Part shown: piece by piece, positions 49,318-58,556 of the stretch
Numbering within the stretch: position 1 is the stretch's first letter
Layout: each line of letters starts with the position of its first letter
Notes under the pieces: generated by a model
What the model saw: only the letters and a program-made list of their open reading frames with translations
Databases searched by the model: none
What the model was told of the DNA's origin: nothing
NCBI GenBank assembly: GCA_963749915.1
Contig: CAVVOP010000020.1
Span: forward strand, 160,001 to 224,000
Direction of reading: 5' to 3'
Length of the DNA: 64,000 bases
From: an uncultured cyanobacterium
GTDB taxonomy: Bacteria > Cyanobacteriota > Cyanobacteriia > Cyanobacteriales > Cyanobacteriaceae
Position numbers and translations under genes: made by a program

Positions 49318-50298
49318 TTAATTACTAATTGCTAATTGTTCTAGGGCTAAATTGATGTTATCGCGAACAGATCGCCCAGAAATATGCAACGCCTCTTTTT
49401 CCTTATCAGTGAGATTAAGCTCTAAAATTTGCTCAACACCAGAACATCCCAGACGACAAGGCACACCCAAATAAATATCATTTAACCCATATTCCCCTTG
49501 TAAATACACTGCCGCTGGTAACAAACGGGATTGATTTAACAAAACTGATTCAATCATCTGAAAAGCAGAGGAGGCTGGTGCATAATAAGCACTACCAGTT
49601 TTTAACAATTTGACGATTTCGGCACCGCCATCACGGGTGCGTTGTAATAATCTTTCAATAGTAGAATTATCCATTAATTCAGTTATGGGAATACCCCTGA
49701 CAGTACAATAACGGGCTAGTGGTAACATTAAATCACCATGACCACCCAATACCATACTTTGAACATCACTAAAAGAAACCCCTAATTCCATAGCAATAAA
49801 AGCCTGTAAACGTGCAGAATCTAGAACTCCAGCCATGCCGAACACTCGTTTAGTCGGTAAATTAGTGGTTTTCCAGACTAAATAAGTCATGACATCCAAA
49901 GGATTAGTAATCACCAAATAAAGAGCATCAGGAGAGTAAACAAGACATTTTTGAGCCGCTTCGGTGACAATTTTAACGTTGATTTTTAACAAATCTTCCC
50001 GACTCATGCCGGGCTTGCGGGCGATCCCGGCGGTAATAACTACTACATCGGAATTGATAGTATCTTGGTAGTCGTTAGTGCCGATAATATTACGATTATG
50101 TAATTCTAGACCTCTAGCCTCCATTAAATCAAGGGCGATTCCTTGGGGTAAACCCTCCACAATATCCAATAAACAAGTGTCCGCAAGATTACGCTCAATA
50201 ATTCTTTGGGCTAAAGTCTTACCCACATTACCAGCACCAATAATAGATACTTTTGGGAATTTATAACAAAGAGGTAGATTGAGAGATTTTGTCATCAT
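49318..50298 (-). CDS. mdh: Malate dehydrogenase (LDH-like)
   Basis: IIGAGNVG, RKPGMSREDL, TNPLD, LDSAR, GGHGD. Confidence 0.93.
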   Translation of the reverse strand: MMTKSLNLPLCYKFPKVSIIGAGNVGKTLAQRIIERNLADTCLLDIVEGLPQGIALDLMEARGLELHNRNIIGTNDYQDTINSDVVVITAGIARKPGMSREDLLKINVKIVTEAAQKCLVYSPDALYLVITNPLDVMTYLVWKTTNLPTKRVFGMAGVLDSARLQAFIAMELGVSFSDVQSMVLGGHGDLMLPLARYCTVRGIPITELMDNSTIERLLQRTRDGGAEIVKLLKTGSAYYAPASSAFQMIESVLLNQSRLLPAAVYLQGEYGLNDIYLGVPCRLGCSGVEQILELNLTDKEKEALHISGRSVRDNINLALEQLAISN

Positions 50299-50517
50299 TT
50301 ACTCCGCTAATTCAATATGAGAAAGTTTTAACCATACGCTAGGAGTAGGGGTATAAAATTTAACTAGGGCGTATTCATCCTTTAAATCTAAAATTTCTCC
50401 TTTGCTTTCAAAAATATAGGAGGGAAAACGACTATCACTGGCTTTAGCTTCTAAACTGTTAGCTAATTTTTCGGGAATAGCTTTTACAAATGCACCTTTT
50501 TTGATCGTACCTGCCAT
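50299..50517 (-). CDS. ndhO: NDH-1 subunit O
   Basis: 72 aa from ATG 50517: IKKGAFVK...NSLEAKASDSRFPSYIFESKGEI...PTPSVWL. Confidence 0.9.
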   Translation of the reverse strand: MAGTIKKGAFVKAIPEKLANSLEAKASDSRFPSYIFESKGEILDLKDEYALVKFYTPTPSVWLKLSHIELAE

Positions 50518-50687
50518 AATGTTTATTTTAAAAGTATTTATTCTAATTATCTTCCAATTTTGCCATAATTTCTGATCAACTATCGGGCAACTGTTTAACC
50601 TAATCTTAAAAAATCCAGTTTTAAATGGCTGATTCAGCAACGCTTGAAAGGAGTAGAGATGAGATGGACTAAAAATTCTGCAATAGT

Positions 50688-50795
50688 TTTTAAACACGGT
50701 TTGTTCCTATGATAAAAATAGAAACAAACCGTGTTTAGTTAAAGTTTGCCGTCCCATGTCAGTATCTCACGGTCGAACAAGGAAGAGAACTTTAC
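50688..50795 (-). ncRNA. Candidate trans-acting sRNA, possibly PsrR1-like (unverified)
   Basis: Intergenic; TATAAG -10-like hexamer at 50805-50800, CU-rich CTCTTCCTTGTTC, GACATGGGACGGCAAAC, then the hairpin. Confidence 0.4.
50691..50737 (-). terminator. Strong 20-bp hairpin
   Basis: TAAACACGGTTTGTTCCTAT / ATAGAAACAAACCGTGTTTA; the single C-A mismatch is a G-U pair on the minus strand; no U-tract. Confidence 0.55.
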
Positions 50796-50926
50796 GGAAC
50801 TTATAATCAAGTTCTGAGTGGGTTAGTAAAAATGATTACCCATCCAGATGATTGGTTACTCGATTAACTACCCACACCTCAATACTGCGAGGGATTTGAA
50901 AAATTATGTGTTGTGACAAGGATAGG

Positions 50927-50965
50927 GAAGAGGGGGAAGCTTTCGGGTGTAGGTTTTTAATATTT
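50927..50965 (+). repeat. 39-bp repeat, copy 1 (inverted relative to 55543-55581)
   Basis: GAAGAGGGGGAAGCTTTCGGGTGTAGGTTTTTAATATTT is the exact reverse complement of 55543-55581. Confidence 0.9.
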
Positions 50966-51070
50966 TGGCTACCCCCTTGACAAATGATCACGACTGAAAA
51001 GTTAGAAATAAAACCCGGTGGTTAGAACATAGTTGGTCACATTTTTTTGTGCTAAATTTTCTTCAGTGAT

Positions 51071-51730
51071 TTATCGAATCATCCCTTCGAGAGTTGCACC
51101 CACAACTCTGTGGTCAGGATCACATCTTAACTCAGCTAAAGCGGCTTTAGCTCTGGGATCGTCAAAAATACCTAAAGTTCTGGCAACCTGTCCTCTAATT
51201 GCTACAGTTTTATCAGTTGATAGAGCAAAAAGTAGTTCGATAGCGTCGTTTTCGTAAATAGTTCCTTTTAATAGCCCTAAATTATTAATAGCTGTTAATT
51301 TTATTACCAGTTCGTCTCCTTCTAATGCACAAAGACACAGTTGAAAGATAAGTTCAGGAGAATTGATTTCATTAATAACCGCAAAGATGCTTTCTCTTAT
51401 CAACCAGTGAGATTCCCTTTCAAAAAACTCTACAAGGTGGGGGATAGCCTTTTCTCCATAATTTGCCAGAGAGTTAGCTGCTTCTGCTTTCACATTGGGA
51501 TCTTCATCGTTGTCTATCAAATCCAATAGGCTTTGAAATCCTTCATCTGTTCTTTTATAACCTAAACCCATAGCGACAAACGAACGAATTATTAATTCTT
51601 TATCGTACATTCTCTGCCTAAGTAAAGGAACAACTACAGAAGGCTCATGATGTCTTAGGGCAACGATCGCCTTCATGCGATTTTGAGGATTGGGACTATC
51701 GAGAAAGGTTTTAATTTGAGTTAGTTCCAT
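51071..51730 (-). CDS. PBS-lyase HEAT-repeat protein (NblB-like)
   Basis: HEAT units such as IRSFVAMGLG, VKAEAANSLA and IRGQVARTLG. Confidence 0.82.
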   Translation of the reverse strand: MELTQIKTFLDSPNPQNRMKAIVALRHHEPSVVVPLLRQRMYDKELIIRSFVAMGLGYKRTDEGFQSLLDLIDNDEDPNVKAEAANSLANYGEKAIPHLVEFFERESHWLIRESIFAVINEINSPELIFQLCLCALEGDELVIKLTAINNLGLLKGTIYENDAIELLFALSTDKTVAIRGQVARTLGIFDDPRAKAALAELRCDPDHRVVGATLEGMIR

Positions 51731-51828
51731 GACTTTTTTTGGTAAAGTTTACAAATTTTAATCTTATTTACACTTATCTGAGGAATTGACGTTGTGGTGG
51801 CTACTTTAGCAGTTAAGCCCAAACTTAG

Positions 51829-52098
51829 CTACTGAATGTTATTTAACAGCCATAGGTAAGAAATTATTCCCAACATAGATAACCCGATCAGAACATCCCG
51901 TTGCTGGGTTAACCACTGCTGAGAACTTTGCAGAAAATAGCTTATGGTTAGCCGACGTTTTCTGCCCAATTCTGCCATTAAAGAGGCGACTTCAATATCA
52001 ACTTCTTCTAGGGAAATTCTCCCTTGCTGATAAGCGGTTTCTAATTCATCTAGATTCTGCCAGTATTTTTGGGTCGCTTCTTGAAGATTGGTCAACAT
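51829..52098 (-). CDS. Hypothetical protein with C-terminal membrane helix
   Basis: 89-aa ORF with a helical N-terminal part and hydrophobic C-terminus. Confidence 0.65.
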   Translation of the reverse strand: MLTNLQEATQKYWQNLDELETAYQQGRISLEEVDIEVASLMAELGRKRRLTISYFLQSSQQWLTQQRDVLIGLSMLGIISYLWLLNNIQ

Positions 52099-52262
52099 TA
52101 ATTTATTAAATACTTTGTTAAGTTATATGAACTAATATAACAATTTATTAAAAATAATTGACAAATAAATTTTGAGTGTGTACCGAACTTTTAATTACGG
52201 TTGTTCCCCATGCACGGGGATATGGAGAAAAATCAGGCAATTTTTATGTTGTACTGGATTAA

Positions 52263-52292
52263 GTAATAAGTAATAAGTAATAAGTAATAAGT
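52263..52292. repeat. Heptamer tandem repeat (GTAATAA)x4
   Basis: Read directly. Confidence 0.9.
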
Positions 52293-52395
52293 GACACGAA
52301 TTTATTGCCTCCTGCCTTACCACCGCCGACAATTATATTTTCCAAAACCCTCGCAGTATTGAAGTGCGTCTTAGCTTACCAACACTCCTAATATA

Positions 52396-52466
52396 AAGAT
52401 TGTGTAAAGTTTTAGCATTTGTCAAGATTGTGTAAAGTTTTAGTATTTTTCAAGATTGTGTAAAGT
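52396..52466. repeat. 28-bp tandem repeat, 2.5 copies
   Basis: AAGATTGTGTAAAGT starts at 52396, 52424 and 52452. Confidence 0.9.
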
Positions 52467-52474
52467 AAGATACA
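52459..52474 (+). promoter_or_regulatory. NtcA-consensus site
   Basis: TGTA-AAGTAAGA-TACA; TATGCT -10-like hexamer 32 nt after the TAC, which is not the canonical spacing. Confidence 0.4.
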
Positions 52475-52551
52475 AGAAAAACTGGTCATTTTCAACAAAA
52501 GCCCCTATGCTAGAGAGGATATTTGTTACTTAGCAATTGAGGGACTCATAG

Positions 52552-53517
52552 ATGACAATAAATAATCAGACAGGAATTTTAACATTAGCATTTGGACCTG
52601 AGCGTTATATTCAAATGGCCATAAGATTAGCTCAATCGTTAATGCTTAACTCGCCAAACCATCCTCGAGCAATTGTTACAGATCGGAATAAAGATGAGTT
52701 ATCTCAGTATTTTGATATTGTAATACCATACAAACCTGAATATGGTCGTAACTTAGAACAAAAACTACACCTGGATTTATATACACCTTTTCAACGCACA
52801 ATGTATATCGATTCAGATTGTTTGGTAGTTAAAAGTTTAGATTCTATTTTCAGTATGCTTCGTGGTTATCCGTTGACAACTAGTGATTTCCACAAAAGGT
52901 TTCGTGACTACAGTGATCCAAATTTTGAAGTTAATGTAAATAAGGTACTTGATTATTTTAATATTGATTTCATTTACCGATTTAATGGCGGACTTTATTA
53001 TTTTGAGAGTAACTCCACCTCTACAAAAGTATTCGAACAAGCACGGGAGATTTTGAATTTTTATCCAGAGTTGGGTATCCGTCAATTCCGTAACTCTGGA
53101 CCAAATGAGGAAATTTTAATGGGTATTGCCATGAGACTAAACGACCTCAAACTGTTTAGAGACAATGGTGCTCTAATGAAAACGCCCAAGGGTTTAATCG
53201 ACAAAATTGAAATAGACGTCTTCCAAAAGTATTCTCGTTTTAACAAAAAAGGTAGGATAGTCTCGCCGGCAATAGTTCACTACTGTGGTGGATGGGTTTC
53301 ACATCCTACCTATGTTCGCGAAGTATTCAAACTACAATATGTCAATAATTACAAAGAAAACTATTTGCCACTTCTCAAAATTCTTCTACCTTTAATCTAC
53401 CTAAGAGCCCAACTAGCATACTCAATGTCTAAATTGACCAAACGATTCCAAGACAAATATGCTCGACTGACTGAACAGATGCGGCAATCACCGAAACCAA
53501 AAATGGCAAGCAATTAA
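52552..53517 (+). CDS. GT-A fold (GT8-like) nucleotide-sugar transferase
   Basis: YIDSDCLV (DxD), FNGGLYYF, IVHYCG. Confidence 0.7.
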   Translation: MTINNQTGILTLAFGPERYIQMAIRLAQSLMLNSPNHPRAIVTDRNKDELSQYFDIVIPYKPEYGRNLEQKLHLDLYTPFQRTMYIDSDCLVVKSLDSIFSMLRGYPLTTSDFHKRFRDYSDPNFEVNVNKVLDYFNIDFIYRFNGGLYYFESNSTSTKVFEQAREILNFYPELGIRQFRNSGPNEEILMGIAMRLNDLKLFRDNGALMKTPKGLIDKIEIDVFQKYSRFNKKGRIVSPAIVHYCGGWVSHPTYVREVFKLQYVNNYKENYLPLLKILLPLIYLRAQLAYSMSKLTKRFQDKYARLTEQMRQSPKPKMASN

Positions 53518-53531
53518 GGGAGGTTAGAATT

Positions 53532-54413
53532 TTGATAACTCAAAATCTTAGTGGAATGGACAAAGAACAACAAAGCTTTTTTGATGAAAACGGTTACCTT
53601 GGACCAATCCCAATGGGAGATATCCCCCACCTTTCAGATTTGAAACACTCGTTAGAGCAGTCTAGCAAAGTGTCTGGTACCAAGGTTGAAAATCTACTAG
53701 TAGAACGAGATGCACATATAAAGTTTAGATTGGTTTATGATATCGCCACGCTGCCTTGCATCAAAGATTCCATCTCTGAACTATTGGGGGACAATCTGCT
53801 TCTGTGGATAGGTCATGTAATTTGTCGCCCCCCCGGAGATAAAGGGCAGAGTTGGCACGTTGATCAAACTAATAAAAATGTCGCTGGTGTTCACGTGTCG
53901 GTTGCTGTTACTGACATGAATCTCAGTAACGGTTGTATGCATGTTATTCCTAAAACTCACAAGTACGCCGAGATATCAAATAGTTATTTTGGGGAACAAC
54001 AAAGATTGGGAAATATTGATCTTCGTGATGGAGACTCAATGTTAAGGTTTGCAGACCATTTACATCCGGAGAATGCTCCACATCAAATTGTCCCGATTCA
54101 GTTGAATTCAGGTCAATATTGCCTCACCAAAGGAGGTCTTTGGCATGGTGTTACCCCACATAAATCAGATCAAACCCGAATTGTTTTGATCGCTCGTTAT
54201 ATGAGCCCACAGAAAAAGATTACTTCCCATGAGGGAAGAAATCCCCTGAATTGCATAATTGTGAAAGGGAAAGATACTTACAGCAAGAATGTTTTATCTT
54301 TTCCCCCGCTTCCATTGTTTAAGAAATACTTGTTTTTGAATTACTCTCTAAACATGTATTACAATAAGATTTTAAAAAAGTTCTTAGATATTTCGGCGTT
54401 AGTGAATGAATAA
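53532..54413 (+). CDS. PhyH-family Fe(II)/2-oxoglutarate dioxygenase
   Basis: FDENGY, WHVD (HxD), NGCMHVIPKTH, LWHG, downstream Arg. Confidence 0.85.
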   Translation: MITQNLSGMDKEQQSFFDENGYLGPIPMGDIPHLSDLKHSLEQSSKVSGTKVENLLVERDAHIKFRLVYDIATLPCIKDSISELLGDNLLLWIGHVICRPPGDKGQSWHVDQTNKNVAGVHVSVAVTDMNLSNGCMHVIPKTHKYAEISNSYFGEQQRLGNIDLRDGDSMLRFADHLHPENAPHQIVPIQLNSGQYCLTKGGLWHGVTPHKSDQTRIVLIARYMSPQKKITSHEGRNPLNCIIVKGKDTYSKNVLSFPPLPLFKKYLFLNYSLNMYYNKILKKFLDISALVNE

Positions 54414-54600
54414 TAGACTTGTTGCGAAATAGTAAATAATAGACATCGACCACATTTAAGAAAAAGGGGGTTAAAATGCTTATTCCACCGTGCCAAAATT
54501 CTAATTTATGGGGAGGTCTAATGGACCAGAAAATAATCGTTGTACTCGGATTCAGATACTTAACATTTAAGTAATTGTTATTTTTTATCACTAGATTATT

Positions 54601-55380
54601 ATGACTCAGATCATTTTCTTTTATATGCCCAGAACAGCCTCCAGGTTTATGCGAAAATTTTTATTAAAGGAATTAGGGGATAATATCACAACGATAGATC
54701 ATGAATATCATTGGCACGAAAACGGCCAGATAAAGACCAATCATTTTGAACAAGATGATTGCTGGAGATTCTGCTTTGTACGAAATCCATACCCAAGATT
54801 TTTTAGTGCTTATAAGCATATTGTTGGGCAATCATATCAAGGGTTAAATCCTCCTGACAGGAAAGAAAGAGAGGCCATTTTAAAGTTTAATGGGTTAAAG
54901 GATTTTTGTCTAAATTTAGGAGATTTTACATCTGATTTTAGTCATAATCCTGTACATTTCATACCTCAAAAAAAATGGATTTCTAATAGTGAGGGGCAAC
55001 TATTAATGGACTACATAGCCAAATATGAATTCATGAATGATTCATGGAGAGAGATATCAGATAAATTGTCGATTAGTTATACGCCCATTTTTAATCGGGA
55101 CCGTAAATTTAGTCTAAAAAAGAGATTTACTGATTCATACAAGACGATGTTTGATTTTCTATTCCCCGAGTATCATCCTAGTTTTTTAAATAATGAAATA
55201 CTGCCATTAATTCAGGATTTCTATAAGGAGGATTTTGAACAATTTGAATATTCTCAAGATTTCACTTCCTTTTCCAATACATACTTTATGCCATACCTTC
55301 GCAAAACAAGTGGATACTTCTCTACAAAAGATAAAGATGCCTATTTACCGTTCCTAAAAACATATGGTCGTTTTAAATAA
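54601..55380 (+). CDS. Sulfotransferase family 2 domain protein
   Basis: MPRTAS, FVRNPYPRFFSAY, HFIPQ, DYIAKYE, YKEDFEQFEY. Confidence 0.82.
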   Translation: MTQIIFFYMPRTASRFMRKFLLKELGDNITTIDHEYHWHENGQIKTNHFEQDDCWRFCFVRNPYPRFFSAYKHIVGQSYQGLNPPDRKEREAILKFNGLKDFCLNLGDFTSDFSHNPVHFIPQKKWISNSEGQLLMDYIAKYEFMNDSWREISDKLSISYTPIFNRDRKFSLKKRFTDSYKTMFDFLFPEYHPSFLNNEILPLIQDFYKEDFEQFEYSQDFTSFSNTYFMPYLRKTSGYFSTKDKDAYLPFLKTYGRFK

Positions 55381-55411
55381 GAGTGAGACATGATAAACAA
55401 AGGGAAAAAAT

Positions 55412-55438
55412 AGGAGTCAGGAGTCAGGAGTCAGGAGT
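55412..55438. repeat. Heptamer tandem repeat (AGGAGTC), about 4 copies
   Basis: Read directly; reverse complement of the unit at about 9506-9535. Confidence 0.9.
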
Positions 55439-55542
55439 TTTTTTGTACTCAATACTATTGGAATATTTGCGGGGATGGAAATGGCGGCACGTCTGAACTG
55501 AGAAGTTAAACCATCTGACTCTTCCAAGTCTCACCTTCGCCC

Positions 55543-55581
55543 AAATATTAAAAACCTACACCCGAAAGCTTCCCCCTCTTC
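55543..55581 (-). repeat. 39-bp repeat, copy 2
   Basis: Exact reverse complement of 50927-50965. Confidence 0.9.
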
Positions 55582-55589
55582 GTTGAAAG

Positions 55590-56327
55590 TTAAACGGCAA
55601 GGAATCTCTGGATTACTTCTTGACTTAATTCTTGAGTTGAACCAGAAGCGACCATTGACCCTTTCTGCATGGCATAATACTTATCAGCTTGGCGAACAAA
55701 GTGCAGATGTTGTTCAACTAATAAGACTGATATTCCTCTATCTTCAATAATGCGACGAACGGCGGCTTCAATCTCTAAAATAATCGATGGTTGAATGCCT
55801 TCAGTGGGTTCATCTAGCACTAATAGACTCGGTTGTCCCATTAAAGCACGAGCGATGGACAGTTGTTGCTGTTGTCCCCCACTCAAATCTCCCCCTAAAC
55901 GGAATAGCATGGTTTTAAGGACAGGAAATAAATCGAAAATTTCCTCAGAAATATTGTCTTTTTTTCCTCTACCTTGGGGAAGGGCTTCTAAACCAAGAAG
56001 AAGATTTTCTTTAACTGTTAGGCGAGGGATAACTTCTCTACCTTGGGGAACATAACCTATACCTAATCTAGCTCTTTTATCAGTGGACAGTTTGTTAATA
56101 CTTTTTCCCTGAAAGTTAATATTTCCCGTGCGGGGTTTGAGAAGTCCCATAAGGGTTTTCAAAATGGTTGTTTTTCCCACTCCATTACGACCAATCAAAC
56201 AAACCATTTGACCTGGATTTATGCTGAGGTCAACATCACGGATAATATGACTCTCTCCGTAATATACATTAAGGTTTGCCACCTGTAACATCGGCTGATA
56301 TTCTTGAGTTAAATCTTCAGTTTTCAT
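55590..56327 (-). CDS. urtE: Urea ABC transporter ATP-binding subunit
   Basis: GRNGVGKT, LSGGQQQQL, DEPTEGIQPS; operon context. Confidence 0.93.
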   Translation of the reverse strand: MKTEDLTQEYQPMLQVANLNVYYGESHIIRDVDLSINPGQMVCLIGRNGVGKTTILKTLMGLLKPRTGNINFQGKSINKLSTDKRARLGIGYVPQGREVIPRLTVKENLLLGLEALPQGRGKKDNISEEIFDLFPVLKTMLFRLGGDLSGGQQQQLSIARALMGQPSLLVLDEPTEGIQPSIILEIEAAVRRIIEDRGISVLLVEQHLHFVRQADKYYAMQKGSMVASGSTQELSQEVIQRFLAV

Positions 56328-56336
56328 CCCACTATT

Positions 56337-57413
56337 TCATCCTGCTAAGTTTAGTAGTTCAGTTAGTTTTTGATAGGCTAGAGTTGTTTCTGGTTCTGGA
56401 GAGCTAATCTTAATAATTTGATAGGCTAAATTTAAAATTAATTCCTTCTCGTGCAAATCCTCAATTTGGTCGGTTAAAATTTCTAGATTGACGTTTTTAG
56501 CAGCATAACTACTAAAATCCTCTCGTAATTGTTCTTTTTGTTCCTCTGAAAGAGAAAGAAGTTCATTAAAAGCTTCAATAATTAAATTTTCTTCTTCGGC
56601 ATTTAACAACCCGTCTGACCAAGCAATAATAGAAATAATTCGAAGCATTCTAATTTGCTGTGGTGTTAAGGAAGTTTCTTTGCCTAAATACACTTCAATT
56701 ACCTTAGGATCGTCTTGTATCTGATCCATTGTGCCTTCGCAAAGTACCGAACCTTGGTGTAAAACTGTAACTTTTCTAGCAATTTGTCGCACAAATTCCA
56801 TATCATGTTCAATGACAATAATGGAATGATTTTCTGCTAAAGCCAACAACAAATTGCCGACATTTTCTGTTTCTTCATCCGTTAAACCAGCCACGGGTTC
56901 ATCTACTAATAATAAATCGGGAGACTGGGCAACCAACATGCCAATTTCTAAGCGTTGTTTTTCGCCATGGGCAAGAAATGCTGCCTGCAAATCTGCTTTA
57001 GAAATTAAACCAATAGTTTCTAGCAATCCGGCAATGCTACGACGTTCAGCACTAGAACCTTTACCAAATAAAGTATGAAAGACATTTTTTCGGGAATTAG
57101 CAACTAAATCGAGGTTTTCTCTAACGGTCAAATTGAGATATACTCTTGGAGTTTGGAATTTTCTGCCAATACCTAAACGAGAAATTCTATATTCGGGAAT
57201 ATTTCTTAAATTTTTTCCCTTAAACAATACCCTACCTTCTGTTGGTTGTACTTTGCCAGTAATCACATCTAAAAAGGTAGTTTTTCCGGCACCATTTGGC
57301 CCAATAATGACTCGTAACTCACCGGTATCCATACTAAAATTTAGCTGGTTTAGGGCTTTGAATCCATCAAAGTTAACGGTTAAATTGTCTATTTCTAGGA
57401 TTTTCTCATTCAT
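56337..57413 (-). CDS. urtD: Urea ABC transporter ATP-binding subunit with C-terminal TerB-like extension
   Basis: GPNGAGKT, GRKFQTP, DEPVAG, VIEVYLG, then about 110 extra residues. Confidence 0.92.
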   Translation of the reverse strand: MNEKILEIDNLTVNFDGFKALNQLNFSMDTGELRVIIGPNGAGKTTFLDVITGKVQPTEGRVLFKGKNLRNIPEYRISRLGIGRKFQTPRVYLNLTVRENLDLVANSRKNVFHTLFGKGSSAERRSIAGLLETIGLISKADLQAAFLAHGEKQRLEIGMLVAQSPDLLLVDEPVAGLTDEETENVGNLLLALAENHSIIVIEHDMEFVRQIARKVTVLHQGSVLCEGTMDQIQDDPKVIEVYLGKETSLTPQQIRMLRIISIIAWSDGLLNAEEENLIIEAFNELLSLSEEQKEQLREDFSSYAAKNVNLEILTDQIEDLHEKELILNLAYQIIKISSPEPETTLAYQKLTELLNLAG

Positions 57414-57416
57414 TCT

Positions 57417-58556
57417 TTAGTTACCTTCAATTTCTTCTCTTTCTGATTGAACTTCTGGACTTGCGTCAATCTCAGGGTAGGTGATTAATTTAGGAGTAAT
57501 GCCAAAAAGCGATTGTAGATAATTCCATCCTTCATCCTTAACCCAGCCCACAATGCCAGCTGGTAAGACTGTTACAACTATTAGGAATAATGCTCCTTGG
57601 AAAAACAACCAAACTTCTGGGAAACTTTCACTTAATAAAGTTTGTCCAAATCTAACTAATAAAGTTCCAATAATTGCTCCTAAAAGTGTTGCTCTACCCC
57701 CTACTGCTACCCAAATTACCATTTCAATAGAGAAGGCTACATCCATGGCACTGGTGGGGTTAATAATACCGGTTTGCACAGTATAAAGTGCACCGGAAAC
57801 TCCGGCAATTCCCCCAGAAATTGCGAAAACCAAAACCTTAAACCCTGTGGGATCGTAACCAGAAAATCTCACCCTGTTTTCATCATCTCTAATGGCAACT
57901 AATAACCTGCCAAATCTTCCACTTGTCAACCAACGACAGAGAAGATAAAGAAGAATCAGTAGAACAATAGTAATCTCATAAAAAACTAATTGAGCTTGAT
58001 CTGAACCAGCCAAAACTCCGAAAATTTTCTCTGTGTCTGTTTTGAGACCGTTAGTTCCATTGATTAGTTTTTGTTGTCCATTAAAGAAGTTGAAGAAAAC
58101 CAATAAAGCAGCTTGAGTAATGATGGAAAAATATACACCCTTAATGCGGTTGCGAAATACTAAATATCCCAAAAATCCAGCAACAATACTGGGGACAACA
58201 ACTAATAAGATCATTGTCAAGGGAAAAGATTTAAAAGGTTGCCAAAATATGGGCAGTTCATTAACCCCGTAAAGGCTAAAAAACTCTGGTAATTGCCCAT
58301 CGGGTAGTTGAAGATTAAGATACATTGCCAAAGCGTAACCACCCAAGGCAAAAAAGATCCCATGTCCTAGACTCAGTAATCCTGTATAGCCCCAGATTAA
58401 ATCAATCCCAAGGGCGGCAATTGCCAGGGCTAGAAATCGTCCCAATAATTTAAGGCGAAAAGGGACTAAAATCAGGGGCATAATTAAGGATAAAATAAGT
58501 ACGATCGCTCCTATAGTTATGCCTTCGATTATTAATTTTTTCTTGTTAGATATCAT
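57417..58556 (-). CDS. urtC: Urea ABC transporter permease
   Basis: DLIWGYTGLLSLGHG, GVYFSIITQA, AIRDDENRVRFSGY. Confidence 0.93.
   Translation of the reverse strand: MISNKKKLIIEGITIGAIVLILSLIMPLILVPFRLKLLGRFLALAIAALGIDLIWGYTGLLSLGHGIFFALGGYALAMYLNLQLPDGQLPEFFSLYGVNELPIFWQPFKSFPLTMILLVVVPSIVAGFLGYLVFRNRIKGVYFSIITQAALLVFFNFFNGQQKLINGTNGLKTDTEKIFGVLAGSDQAQLVFYEITIVLLILLYLLCRWLTSGRFGRLLVAIRDDENRVRFSGYDPTGFKVLVFAISGGIAGVSGALYTVQTGIINPTSAMDVAFSIEMVIWVAVGGRATLLGAIIGTLLVRFGQTLLSESFPEVWLFFQGALFLIVVTVLPAGIVGWVKDEGWNYLQSLFGITPKLITYPEIDASPEVQSEREEIEGN

Noticed and set aside
50518..50697. 60-aa N-terminal extension of ndhO in the ORF track
   Set aside because: NdhO similarity begins at ATG 50517; the extension runs through the presumed promoter region.
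52200..52226. GTTGTTCCCCATGCACGGGGATA resembles a type I-E CRISPR repeat
   Set aside because: Single copy, no repeat-spacer periodicity and no cas genes nearby.
52396..52466. 28-bp repeats as a mini CRISPR array
   Set aside because: The intervening 13-nt parts are near-identical, so this is a tandem duplication without unique spacers.
54319..54591. 90-aa minus-strand ORF
   Set aside because: Overlaps the PhyH gene in antisense, with no motif support.
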